Assembly: GCA_963750645.1 (NCBI GenBank) | Contig: CAVVRO010000008.1 | Span: 535,594 to 599,593 of the forward strand | Direction of reading: 5' to 3' | Length of the DNA stretch: 64,000 bases | From: an uncultured Microthrixaceae bacterium | GTDB taxonomy: Bacteria; Actinomycetota; Acidimicrobiia; Acidimicrobiales; VFJN01 | In this document: positions 39,242 through 48,399 of the stretch, piece after piece | How positions within the stretch are numbered: position 1 is the first letter of the stretch | Layout: the number at the start of each line of letters is the position of its first letter | The notes under the pieces: generated by a model | What the model was told of the DNA's origin: nothing | Database searches by the model: none | The model's input: only the letters and a program-made list of their open reading frames with translations | Made by a program: the position numbers and the translations under genes

Positions 39242-39480
39242 GCCATCAGAACTCCAACACGAACGGTCGACGACGCCTCTCCACAGCGACCGCAGCTCTG
39301 CTGAGCGTCCGCGACGTATGCGGCGATCTGCGCGGCACCGCAACCGGCCGGGCGATGACCAGAACGCGCGGCCCGTCGACACGAGCAGCGCGCCACCGCT
39401 CACGTCGCGCGATGGGCGCGGGATGGAGACGAACCGCGGGATCGCCGCGGGACGCGATCGAACCGGGGACCGTCAACGAA

Positions 39481-39509
39481 GAAGCCGCAGGTGGCTGACC
39501 TGCGGCTTC
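39481..39509 (-). terminator. hairpin terminator immediately 3' of tRNA-Pro
   Basis: A perfect 11-bp stem gaagccgcagg/cctgcggcttc encloses a 7-nt loop. On the minus strand it is followed by TTCGTTGAC. It starts 2 nt after the tRNA CCA end. Confidence 0.6.
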
Positions 39510-39511
39510 CG

Positions 39512-39588
39512 TGGTCGGGTGGGGGAGATTTGAACTCCCGACCTCTGCGTCCCGAACGCAGCGCTCTGCCAAGCTGAGCCACCACCCG
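39512..39588 (-). tRNA. tRNA-Pro (anticodon CGG), CCA encoded
   Basis: Manual cloverleaf: acceptor CGGGTGG/CCACCCG, D arm GCTC-AGCTTGGCA-GAGC, anticodon arm CTGCG-TTCGGGA-CGCAG, variable loop AGGTC, T arm GGGAG-TTCAAAT-CTCCC, then A-CCA. Confidence 0.9.
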
Positions 39589-39626
39589 GAGGAGAGGTGA
39601 GGCTACCGCATCACCTCAGGGCCGCC

Positions 39627-40022
39627 CTAAGCCGGATTGGCCTCTGCGACCAGGTCGCCGTCGAGGATCGCGGTCGCCGCCTTGCGCAGCGAGAAGGCGT
39701 CGAGCGGCTTCACGACCCAGCCGTCCGCCCCCGTTCGGCGGGCCAGGAACACGTCGGCGTCGCGGTCGAGGAGCATGAGCACCGGAACCTCCGGGAGGCG
39801 GTCGGCGCCGGCCTCGTGGTGGAGGTGGAGGCAGGTGGCGATGCCACCCATGTTGCCGATCTGCAGGTCGAGCACCACGAGATCCGGGGTGGACTCGGCG
39901 ACTTCGCCGGCCACCGCCTGGCCCGATCGCACCCGCCGGATGGTGGTGGTCTCGTCGACGAGGGCGGCTTCCACCTCGGCGAACACGGCGTCGGCGTCGG
40001 TGGCGATCAGGACCTCCGTCAT
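39627..40022 (-). CDS. single-domain response regulator (CheY-like receiver)
   Basis: ATG 40022 gives MTEVLIATDADAV. The phospho-acceptor context is PDLVVLDLQIGNMGG, with a receiver-domain lysine in GWVVKPL. Confidence 0.75.
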   Translation of the reverse strand: MTEVLIATDADAVFAEVEAALVDETTTIRRVRSGQAVAGEVAESTPDLVVLDLQIGNMGGIATCLHLHHEAGADRLPEVPVLMLLDRDADVFLARRTGADGWVVKPLDAFSLRKAATAILDGDLVAEANPA

Positions 40023-40105
40023 GGAGGGGAGGCTACTCGGGCAGAAAGCCCCGGCCGCCTGGCTAGCCTTGCCGGACGGCGGAACCATCGCCCCCTGGAG
40101 GACGT

Positions 40106-40456
40106 GTGCTCGACATCGAGGTGGAGGACTCCACCGACTACACCCTGTGCCGACCGGTCGGGGAGCTGGACGCCTACACGGTCAGCCAGTTCCGAGAGGC
40201 GCTCGGGGGCTTGGCCAGCAAGCAGTACCTGCTGATCGACCTCTCCGCCGTGCCCTTCATGGACTCGGCCGGGCTCGGCGCTCTCATCGGCGGCATCCGC
40301 CGCGCCAGGGAGGCCGGCGGCGACGTCGCCGTCGCTTGCAGCCGGCCCACCCTGACGCGCCTGCTGCACACCACCGGGTTCGACCGCATCGTGTCGGTCA
40401 CCGAGACGGTCGATGACGCGGCGGCCGCGCTCGCCGACGCCCGCCCCGCCACCTAG
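40106..40456 (+). CDS. STAS-domain anti-sigma-factor antagonist
   Basis: The GTG start follows RBS ggagga. The conserved phospho-serine context is LIDLSAVPFMDSAGLGALIGG. Confidence 0.8.
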   Translation: MLDIEVEDSTDYTLCRPVGELDAYTVSQFREALGGLASKQYLLIDLSAVPFMDSAGLGALIGGIRRAREAGGDVAVACSRPTLTRLLHTTGFDRIVSVTETVDDAAAALADARPAT

Positions 40457-40589
40457 GCCGCGCCGCTCGCGAGGTCAGCGAAGTGAGGAGGCCCGAGAGT
40501 CCTGTGCCTCCGAACCAGCGCCGAGCGGGCAGGTACCGCCGACCGGCTCGCACGACGTCCGAGCCGGTCGGCAGTTGCCCGTGCGACTG

Positions 40590-43307
40590 CTACGGGGTGA
40601 TCAGGCGCCCGGCGGCGTACACCGTGGTCGATCCGCCTGGCCCTGTCGCCGTGACCCCGCAGGTCACGGTGGTTCCGACATCACCGACAGCCACGATGTA
40701 CTTGTTGGTGGTGGACGGGAGCGTCACACCGTTGCGCTGCCAGGAGTAGGCGTACGACACTGCGTTGAGCCAGGTGCCCCGGGCGCAGGTGAGCGTTCGG
40801 CCCGGGCGAGGCGTACCGGTGATGGTCGGTGCGACCGTGTTGGTGGGCGCCGACGGCACCAACCTCGGCACGGCCGTGGCCTCACCAGTGCCCATGCGGC
40901 CCGCGGCCGTCACGGTGCACGACAGCTCATGCCCACTGTCCGCCACCGTGATCGCGAAGAACTCCGACGTGGCGCCCGGCACCGGCGTGCCGTCCCGCAG
41001 CCACTGGTAGGCGTAGGTCTGCGCGTTGGTCCAGGTGCCTCGCTGACAGCGGCCGGTTCCACCGATCCCCCAGGTGCTGCCCGACTGCACGAGCATGCGA
41101 GGCAGCACCGTGTTGGCCGGTGCCGGATCCAGGGTACGGCTGCTGCTCGACGCGACCGTCTGGGACCCGGCCACGTTCTCTCCCGAGACCTGGCACGAGA
41201 GCACCGTCCCCGCGTCCTCGGTGGTCACGATGTACACGCTGTTGTAGGCCCCGGGGATGACCTGACCGTCACGCAGCCAGTCCGTGAAGAGGGACGGCGT
41301 GGGCTGTCCGGTCCACGTACCCGAGGTGCAGGTCAACGGTGTCCCGATCGAGGGGCGGTTGATGCCCGTCACCCGCGGGGCGGTCACGTTCAGGGGGGCC
41401 GTCACGGTGGGGATGTTCGCCGGCGACGACGCCGCCTGGTCCGACCCGCCGTCGTTCGTGGCGGTGACCAGACATGCGATCGTGCTCCCGGCGTCGGCAA
41501 GGGCGATCTCGTAGCTGTCGGCCGGCTCACCCACGCTGACGCCGTTGACGAGCCAGTCGAAGGCGAGCTCTGGCGACGGCTCGCCGCCCCACGTCCCCGG
41601 CGAACAGGTCACGATCTCGCCGACCGCGGCGGTGCCCTGCAGGGTCGGGGGGGTGAGGTTGAACGGCGGCGTGAAGTCCACGACGACCTCCTCCGAGATC
41701 ACGCTCGCCGTTCCGCCCTCGTTGTCCGCCGTGACGACGCAGGAGATCCCCGCCGCGACGTCCTGCGAGCGAACCGTGAAGGACGACTGGGCCTCTCCCG
41801 GGATGGTGACACCGTCGCGCAGCCACTCATAGCTGTACGCGAACGGCGCGGTACCGAGGAACCCCGACGGGGTGCAGGTGACCGTGTCGCCGACCTCGGC
41901 CGTGGCCGGTGCGATCGTGGCGGCGGTCGTCTGGTCAGCCTCCGCGGGGACGCCCAGCTCGATGACGGTCTCGAACGAGCGGGCAAGCCCCTGGAAGATC
42001 CGGCCAGCAGCGGCCAGTGCGTGGCCCCACGGGTCGACCGCCGCCGACACGAGCAGGTCGTTGTCCGACGAGACGGTGGTGACCTGGGTGGGAGCACCGA
42101 CGGCGCCGTTGGCCCGTGCGAACGCGGCGTACGCGAACCGGGAGTTGGACGCCGACACGTACTCGCTCCACACGACAGCGATGTCGTTGTTCGCGTTCGC
42201 GGCCACGACGGGCCTCAACGCGTAGTCGCCCGGACCGTCGATCTCCTCCTGCGTGAAGCCCTGACCTGGCAGCCGGCGGGCCAAGAGCATCCTCAGCGGG
42301 CTCTGGTCGTTCCATGTGGCGAACACCGTGTCCTCGGCTCCCACGGCGATCGACGGCTGGCTTCCCAGCTGGTTGCCGCTGAGGAAGTACGAGGGCGACC
42401 ACACCCCACCGGTGTTCACGATCGCGTGCATCCCGGTGCCCCGTGACCAGATGATCGCGATCGTGGACCCGGCCGCGTCGGCATCGACCATGTTGTTGGA
42501 GCCGGATCCGCTGGCGCTTCGCAGCGTGGGCGCCGTCCAGGTGCCGCCAGTCCACTCGGCGGAGAACATCACATCGGTGTTGGCCGCGGTGCGGGCGCCC
42601 CAGGCGACGACGGCGTGACCTGTGTCGTCGACGGCCGCGTTCGGCTGCATGTGCACGTCCTGCGTCGATGTGTTCCAGAGCTGGGGAACCGCGTCCCAGC
42701 CGACGCCAGGCCGATACGCGGCCGCGAGGACCCTCCACGTGGTGACGACGCCACAGCAGGAGTTGTTGGGCGCCCAGGCCAGCACGGTCGTGCCGTCGGC
42801 GCCGATGTCGACGCTCACCCGGTTCGCGTAGCCACTGGTCGGGCCAGCCGTACCGGGCGAGCTGTACTGGACGGCGGGCTCCCACGTGCCGCCGGCCGGT
42901 CGGCGCACCGCCAGCGCCGAGCCGTTGGCGTAGGCGACCGCGATGTCGCCTCCGGGGCTGACGCTCGCGTCGAGGGTGCCCGGAGAGGGCGCGATGGAGG
43001 GAATGGTCTGCACGGGACCCCAGGTGCGGCTCCCAGGCGCGCGCTCTCTCATGTGGAGCGAGTTGTTGAAGGCGACATAGCGCTCGAAGAACGCGTACGC
43101 GCGGCCCGTGTCGTCATAGCGGACGATCACGTTGGTGAGGTCGTACCCGGTCGGCGCGATGTTCTCCGATGGCCCCCAGTCGGCTGAGGCCGTCGGCGCC
43201 AATCCCGCCAGTGCCATCAGCACCACTGCCACCACGACAAGCCGTCGAGCTACCGCCCGCGATCCACCACTGCCCGTCCGCACCATCTCGACCCCCCGCG
43301 TCGTCAC
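40590..43307 (-). CDS. secreted protein: signal peptide, propeller-like repeat region and five tandem Ig-like domains
   Basis: Signal peptide RRLVVVAVVLMALAGLAPTASA. Seven recurring strands follow (DIAVAY, TTVLAW, HAVVAW, TIAIIW, TVFATW, DIAVVW and others). Residues ~461-905 (nt 40593-41927) form five 85-92-aa repeats. Each repeat has a conserved Cys pair and a W(L/Q)R(D/N)G motif, as in VGDTVTC...WLRDG...ISCVVTA. Confidence 0.8.
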   Translation of the reverse strand: MTTRGVEMVRTGSGGSRAVARRLVVVAVVLMALAGLAPTASADWGPSENIAPTGYDLTNVIVRYDDTGRAYAFFERYVAFNNSLHMRERAPGSRTWGPVQTIPSIAPSPGTLDASVSPGGDIAVAYANGSALAVRRPAGGTWEPAVQYSSPGTAGPTSGYANRVSVDIGADGTTVLAWAPNNSCCGVVTTWRVLAAAYRPGVGWDAVPQLWNTSTQDVHMQPNAAVDDTGHAVVAWGARTAANTDVMFSAEWTGGTWTAPTLRSASGSGSNNMVDADAAGSTIAIIWSRGTGMHAIVNTGGVWSPSYFLSGNQLGSQPSIAVGAEDTVFATWNDQSPLRMLLARRLPGQGFTQEEIDGPGDYALRPVVAANANNDIAVVWSEYVSASNSRFAYAAFARANGAVGAPTQVTTVSSDNDLLVSAAVDPWGHALAAAGRIFQGLARSFETVIELGVPAEADQTTAATIAPATAEVGDTVTCTPSGFLGTAPFAYSYEWLRDGVTIPGEAQSSFTVRSQDVAAGISCVVTADNEGGTASVISEEVVVDFTPPFNLTPPTLQGTAAVGEIVTCSPGTWGGEPSPELAFDWLVNGVSVGEPADSYEIALADAGSTIACLVTATNDGGSDQAASSPANIPTVTAPLNVTAPRVTGINRPSIGTPLTCTSGTWTGQPTPSLFTDWLRDGQVIPGAYNSVYIVTTEDAGTVLSCQVSGENVAGSQTVASSSSRTLDPAPANTVLPRMLVQSGSTWGIGGTGRCQRGTWTNAQTYAYQWLRDGTPVPGATSEFFAITVADSGHELSCTVTAAGRMGTGEATAVPRLVPSAPTNTVAPTITGTPRPGRTLTCARGTWLNAVSYAYSWQRNGVTLPSTTNKYIVAVGDVGTTVTCGVTATGPGGSTTVYAAGRLITP

Positions 43308-43413
43308 CAGTGTGCAGACCGTGCCCGAGTCGCCGTTACGACGGCGTTACACACCGGGTAGCCTCGCTGCGGCTGGGGCTGGGGAGGGCAGGTACGAGGG
43401 CGGGCAGGGTGAG

Positions 43414-46332
43414 ATGACGAACCCAGGTGGGGCGATTCGGTGGCAGGTCTTCGGTGGCGTCGCCGTCGAGGCCGACGGACGCGAGGTGCCTCTCGGGCCG
43501 CGCCTGCGGTACGCCCTCGGCTGCCTGCTCGTCGAACCGGGCCGGGCGGTGACAGCCGAGGTACTCGCGGGAGACGGAACCTCGAACCGAGAACAGGCCG
43601 CCACGGCTGGTCGGGTCGCGGTCCGACGGCTGCGCGTGGCCCTCACCACAGCGGGGGCAAGCGACGCCGTCTCCACGACCCAAGCCGGCTACTGCCTCGA
43701 CGTCGATCCCTCGCTCGTCGATCACGTCCAGTTCGCACGATGGTGCCGGGCCGCTGATGACGAGCCTTGGCCGGACGCCGCATGGCGCTACGCCGATCGC
43801 GCTCGGCGAGCTTGGCGCGGCCGTCCCTTCGGCGACCTGGCCGACGAGGTCCACTTCCAGGCCGCCGCTACGCGGCTGGAGGAACAGCACCGCCTCATCG
43901 TCGACCGGTGGGGAGAGCTCGCGCTGCGAGCCGGCACCCATGAGCGCTTCACGGCCGTGCTCGCCGACGACGTGGCGGCGGAGCCCCTGCGCGAGCGTCG
44001 TTGGGCGACGCTCGCGCTGGCCCGATACCGCTCGTGCGACCAGGTAGGAGCCCTGCGGACCGTTGCCGACGCTCGTCGCGAGCTGGTCGAATCGGTCGGC
44101 GTCGAGCCGGGGCCGGAGCTGCGGACCCTCGAGCAGCAGCTGCTCGACCAGGATCCTGAGCTGGACTGGCGTCCGTCGCAGACGGTCCCGACAGGTCATC
44201 TCGGCATCGGGCCCGTTGCGGTGGGCCGGGACGCCGACGTCCGGGACGTGATCGACCTCCTCGACCGCCACCGTGTCGTCGTCCTCGAAGGACCGAGCGG
44301 CATGGGCAAGTCGACCGTGGCCGCTGAAGTCTGCCGATGCATCCGACGACCCTCGGCATGGGTGACGTCGAGCGCGATACACGAGGCTGGCCTCGTCATG
44401 GCGACGGCGGCCGCGCTGGGGCTGCCCACCCGAGGCCCCGGGCCCGACTGCACCGATGTCGTCGCGCGGCACCTACACCGTTCAGCCGCCCTGTTGGTGC
44501 TCGACGATCTCGACGACGCGGACACGCTCGTCATCGACGCGCTCATGGCCGTCGTGGCACGGGCGCCCGACGCGCGCGTGATCGTCACGGCACGCTCGTC
44601 ACTGCCGATCCCGCACGGCATCCACCGTCCGCTGGTCCCCCTCGACGCGGGTGCTCCCGACGACCCCGGTCCTGCTGCGCTCCTGGCCGCCGACTTCGCC
44701 TCGATCCCCCGGAGCTGCATCCAGCAGCGATGGACCAGCATCGAGGACATCTGTCAGCGCAGCGCCGGCATCCCGATGGCGATCCGACTCCTGGCCGGTT
44801 CCGGGGACGGCTTGCCACCACCCCCGAACAGCTCCTCCGCCCAAGACCCCGTCGGCGATGCTGCCCTTACGGCCTTGAGCCACCTGCCCTCGCGAGTCGT
44901 CGAGCTCGTGACGACGATCGCCGACCTGCGCCGCCCGGTGACGGTGCCGCTGGCAGCACGCATCCTCGGCACGCCCGAGGCGGAGCTGCGACGCAACCTC
45001 GGCGCTGCCTCTCGTGCTGGGCTCGTCACCGAGGTGACGGCCGGCGACGTGGCGCGCATCAGCGTCCTCGACCAGGTCGCGGACGTCTTGCGTCCCCAGG
45101 GCCCTGACCCAGGCACCACCAGCTGGCTTGCCATGCGGATGGCCGACGAGACGATCGAGCTTGTCGATGCCGCACAGCCATCGCTGGTGGGTCGGCTGGA
45201 TCGGGCTCGTCTCGCCGAGGTCGACGACGACCACGACGCGCTGCTCTGGGCTCTTGGACACCTCTGCGGTCAGCCACGGCTGCGACTGGCCAACCGCCTC
45301 GCCGTCGTGTGGAGCGCGTGCGGGCGCAGCCTCGAGGGGAGTGCGCTGCTCGCCGACATCGAGCCGCTGGCCGCCATCGCGGCGCCCATCGATCGGGTTC
45401 GGTACTGGGTGATGCGTGCGCAGATGTCGCCCGCACTGTCCGTGCGGGCCGCCTTGGCGCCGCAGCTCGCGGAGGCGGCGGACATCGCTGATCGGCTCGG
45501 CCACCGGGACCTCGCCGTCCGGAGCACGACCGAGCTCGCGCTCAGCCGCATCTGGGCCGCTGACGCCGTCGGTGCGACCGAGCTCCTCGACCGCTGCGAG
45601 GACCGAGTCGTCCTCGACGACTTCGGGCGGCTGACGCTGGCCACGCTGCGCGCGATGATCCGGGGACTGCGGGGTGACGTTCGCGGAGCGATCGACGACC
45701 TCCTCGTCACCGCCGATGCCTTCGACGACGGGGGCATGGCCGCCGATGCCGTCGGTGTGCTGCACATCGCCCTTTCCCTCGCGACGCTGACCGACGACGA
45801 CGAGCGGGCCGAGACCATCCTCGACCTTGCCGAGGGGTTCGCTCCCGATCGCTTCACCGGATACCCGGTCGCTGGGCTGACGTACCGCCGGGCCCAGCGC
45901 CTGACGCTGACCGACGACAACCGTGCTGGTCCGTTGCTGTTCGCTGCCTACGCGGCCCTGCACCGGCACGGTGACGGGCAGTGGGCCGCGTCGTGCCTCG
46001 GGGACCTGGGTTGGTGGCGCTCCAACCACGGCGATCCGGGCGGGCTCGCTGACCTCGCAACCGCGGCGCTCGACCTCCTGGAGGTCTGGTCGGCGGCGGC
46101 ACCCCTCTCCCTGGCCCGGATCGCCGTGCTCGTCGATCGGCTCGGCCGCCCGGCGGACGCCGGCCTCCTGGCAGCGGCGGCCGGCGCCCACCATCGAGAC
46201 ACCGGGATCAGCCTCTCGGCCGCCGACCACGAGTTCGTCGCCTCGACCTGCGCCGCGCTGACCACCGGCTCCCGGGCGGCACCCCAGGACGGTGAGGTTG
46301 TCGGGCTGCTGCGAGAGCTCTGCCTGGCGTGA
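43414..46332 (+). CDS. SARP/AfsR-family regulator (winged-helix + BTAD + NB-ARC-like ATPase + helical repeats)
   Basis: ATG 43414 gives MTNPGGAIRWQVFGGVAVEADGREVPLGP. The BTAD region shows ERRWATLALARYRSCDQVGALRTVADARRELVESVGVEPGPELRTLEQQLL. Walker A is GPSGMGKST. The product is 972 aa. Confidence 0.85.
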   Translation: MTNPGGAIRWQVFGGVAVEADGREVPLGPRLRYALGCLLVEPGRAVTAEVLAGDGTSNREQAATAGRVAVRRLRVALTTAGASDAVSTTQAGYCLDVDPSLVDHVQFARWCRAADDEPWPDAAWRYADRARRAWRGRPFGDLADEVHFQAAATRLEEQHRLIVDRWGELALRAGTHERFTAVLADDVAAEPLRERRWATLALARYRSCDQVGALRTVADARRELVESVGVEPGPELRTLEQQLLDQDPELDWRPSQTVPTGHLGIGPVAVGRDADVRDVIDLLDRHRVVVLEGPSGMGKSTVAAEVCRCIRRPSAWVTSSAIHEAGLVMATAAALGLPTRGPGPDCTDVVARHLHRSAALLVLDDLDDADTLVIDALMAVVARAPDARVIVTARSSLPIPHGIHRPLVPLDAGAPDDPGPAALLAADFASIPRSCIQQRWTSIEDICQRSAGIPMAIRLLAGSGDGLPPPPNSSSAQDPVGDAALTALSHLPSRVVELVTTIADLRRPVTVPLAARILGTPEAELRRNLGAASRAGLVTEVTAGDVARISVLDQVADVLRPQGPDPGTTSWLAMRMADETIELVDAAQPSLVGRLDRARLAEVDDDHDALLWALGHLCGQPRLRLANRLAVVWSACGRSLEGSALLADIEPLAAIAAPIDRVRYWVMRAQMSPALSVRAALAPQLAEAADIADRLGHRDLAVRSTTELALSRIWAADAVGATELLDRCEDRVVLDDFGRLTLATLRAMIRGLRGDVRGAIDDLLVTADAFDDGGMAADAVGVLHIALSLATLTDDDERAETILDLAEGFAPDRFTGYPVAGLTYRRAQRLTLTDDNRAGPLLFAAYAALHRHGDGQWAASCLGDLGWWRSNHGDPGGLADLATAALDLLEVWSAAAPLSLARIAVLVDRLGRPADAGLLAAAAGAHHRDTGISLSAADHEFVASTCAALTTGSRAAPQDGEVVGLLRELCLA

Positions 46333-46340
46333 GCCCGGCG

Positions 46341-47429
46341 CTACAGCATGTAGGTCGCGAGCTCGGTGAGGCCATGGATGTCGTGGACGTCGGTGGGCAG
46401 GAACGGCACCCGCACGACCGGCGCCGGCGCCACCGCCTCGGCCAGGCCCGCCAGGTGCTCCTCCTCGCGGGATGCCACGAGCTGGAAGTCGGCGAGGTTG
46501 CGGTAGAGGCCACCGAGGTCCGTGCCCTCGAGGGTGACGGCACGCGCGCCGGTGGCCGCCGCGAGCCCCCCACCGAAGGTCGGGTGCATGCGGTTGACGA
46601 TGAGGGCCCGCACGCCGATGCCGGCCTCGGCGAGCTTGGCGACGAAGAACTCGGCCTCCTCGATCGTGTCCCGGCGCGGGGACGCCACGAGCACGAAGGC
46701 GGTGTCCGCGTCGGACAGGAGGTGGACGACCGCATCGGCCCGCACCCGGAACCCCTCTTCCATGCCCTCGAAGGCCTGGAAGAACGCGACGGCGTCGTCG
46801 ATCACCTCGGCGCCGACGACCTTCGCCACCGTGCGGAGGAACGCCTGGGTCGCGACGTTCACCGCCCTGACGATGCCGCGACCGGGCGAGGTGATCATGC
46901 GGAACAGGCGGTGGTCGAGGAAGCGTGACAGACGCCGCGGGGCATCGATGAAGTCGAGGGCGTGGCGCGTGGGCGGGGTGTCGACGACGACGAGATCGAA
47001 GTCCGTGCGGGCGTGCAGCTCGTAGAGCTTCTCCATCGCCATGTACTCCTGCGTGCCCGACAGGGCCCCAGAGATGTTCCGGTAGAAGCGGTTCTCGAGG
47101 ATGCGCTGAGCCTGCTCCGGGGTGGTGGCGTTGGCCGCCACCAGGTCGTCGAACGTGCTCTTCGTGTCGAGCATGAGCGCCCACAGCTCCCCGGGCCAAT
47201 CGCCGTCGATCCGGCTGGGCGTGCCGGTCAGCCCCTCGAGCCCGAGGGCGTCCGCGAGGCGCTTGGCGGGGTCGATGGTGACGAGAACGGCTCGTCGTCC
47301 GGCGCGCGCCGCTTCGAGGGCCAGCACCGCAGCCGTGGTCGTCTTGCCGACGCCACCAGTCCCGCAGCACACCAGGATGCGGCGCTCCTCGACGAGCTCC
47401 CGGAGTGAGGGACCGACTGCGGCCATCAC
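46341..47429 (-). CDS. ArsA/GET3-family ATPase
   Basis: The P-loop is ILVCCGTGGVGKTTTAA, with TIDPAKRLADALG. The start overlaps the upstream stop (ATGA). Confidence 0.85.
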   Translation of the reverse strand: MMAAVGPSLRELVEERRILVCCGTGGVGKTTTAAVLALEAARAGRRAVLVTIDPAKRLADALGLEGLTGTPSRIDGDWPGELWALMLDTKSTFDDLVAANATTPEQAQRILENRFYRNISGALSGTQEYMAMEKLYELHARTDFDLVVVDTPPTRHALDFIDAPRRLSRFLDHRLFRMITSPGRGIVRAVNVATQAFLRTVAKVVGAEVIDDAVAFFQAFEGMEEGFRVRADAVVHLLSDADTAFVLVASPRRDTIEEAEFFVAKLAEAGIGVRALIVNRMHPTFGGGLAAATGARAVTLEGTDLGGLYRNLADFQLVASREEEHLAGLAEAVAPAPVVRVPFLPTDVHDIHGLTELATYML

Positions 47430-48394
47430 ACGATCTCCGGGAGGGCCTCGACCTCGACGAGCAGGCGCCCGGCGAGCGCCTCGAGCTCGGCCGGACCGAT
47501 CTCGGCAGTGAAGACGAACGGGAGGCGGATCTGTGCGAGGGGCAGCTGCTCGGCCAGGCGGCCGACCTGCTCCTCCTGGAGCGCGATGCGGTCGGCTCGG
47601 AAGGACGCCGCGGCCTCCAAGCTGGCCGCCTCGCCCGGGCGCAGGGTGGCTCCCGCCAGCTCCGCGGCCTCCTCTGGCGGCGTCGCCAGTCCGGGCAGCT
47701 CGTCGTAGAGGCCGTTGACCACCACCGGCCCGAGGCCGACACCCACGCGATCCTCCAGGCTGAAGGCGGTGTCGACGAGCTCGTTCACCGGTGTCTCCTC
47801 CGGCAGGGTGACGAGCATGACGCGGCAGCGGGCATGGTCAGTGAGCATCTCGAGCACGTCTCGGGCCTGGGCGTTGATCGGACCGACCCGGACCGTGTCG
47901 AGGAGAGCGCTGGCCGACTGGAGGAAGGTGATCGCGTGTCCCGCCGCCGGCGCGTCGAGCACGATCAGGTCCGACGCTCCGGCCCGCTCGAGCTGCTTGA
48001 CCTTCCCGAGGATGAGGATGTCCTTGATGCCGGGCGCGGCCGTGGCGACGACGTCGAGGGCCCCGGAGGACACCAGCCGCTTCGAGATCCGCGAAAGCCC
48101 GTGGTCGTGGAGGTAGTCGAGCAGCGCGTCATCGGGTGTCAGGGTCCTCGCCCGTACCTCCCCCTCGCCAGCGGGTCCCCCGCCCGCCGACAGCACCGCT
48201 TCGTCGTAGTCGAGGGGCTGCTGCCCGAACATGCTGGCGAGCCCCGACTTGCCCTCCACCTCGATGACCAGGGTCGACAGACCGATCAGCGCGGCCGCGC
48301 GGGCCAGCGTGGCGGTGACCACCGTTTTGCCCACGCCGCCCTTCCCGGCCACGATGAGCAGCCGAGATGCTGCGAAGAAGCGACCCGGGTCCAC
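47426..48394 (-). CDS. ArsA/GET3-family ATPase (second of a pair)
   Basis: The P-loop is LLIVAGKGGVGKTVVTA. The start codon is GTG. From memory, the paired arrangement next to a whiB gene resembles the mycobacterial Rv3679-Rv3680 neighbourhood. Confidence 0.8.
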   Translation of the reverse strand: MDPGRFFAASRLLIVAGKGGVGKTVVTATLARAAALIGLSTLVIEVEGKSGLASMFGQQPLDYDEAVLSAGGGPAGEGEVRARTLTPDDALLDYLHDHGLSRISKRLVSSGALDVVATAAPGIKDILILGKVKQLERAGASDLIVLDAPAAGHAITFLQSASALLDTVRVGPINAQARDVLEMLTDHARCRVMLVTLPEETPVNELVDTAFSLEDRVGVGLGPVVVNGLYDELPGLATPPEEAAELAGATLRPGEAASLEAAASFRADRIALQEEQVGRLAEQLPLAQIRLPFVFTAEIGPAELEALAGRLLVEVEALPEIV

Positions 48395-48399
48395 GACCG

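Larger units (their letters stand above)
36333..39557. mobile_element. degenerate tRNA-Pro-associated genomic islet (about 3.1 kb, no integrase)
   Basis: It is flanked by direct repeats of the tRNA 3' half. Codon usage is visibly more A/T-rich than in the flanks (frequent GAA, AAG, GAT, ATC). The cargo is accessory genes: a P-loop kinase, a GNAT and a MerR-PurC ORF. Confidence 0.55.

Noticed and set aside
39400-39475. A tRNA-like T-loop motif (gcgatcgaaccgggg) near tRNA-Pro.
   Set aside because: The flanking bases do not form a T stem, acceptor stem or anticodon arm on either strand.
36372-39511. An active integrative element (integrase, excisionase or transposase) inside the islet.
   Set aside because: No ORF in any frame shows tyrosine or serine recombinase or transposase motifs. 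Only the att-like repeat and compositional shift remain, so it is called a degenerate islet.
44599-47742. A 1047-codon ORF on the minus strand.
   Set aside because: It lies antisense to the SARP gene and out of frame with the two ArsA-type genes. Its composition is Arg/Pro-rich nonsense and no family motifs are present.
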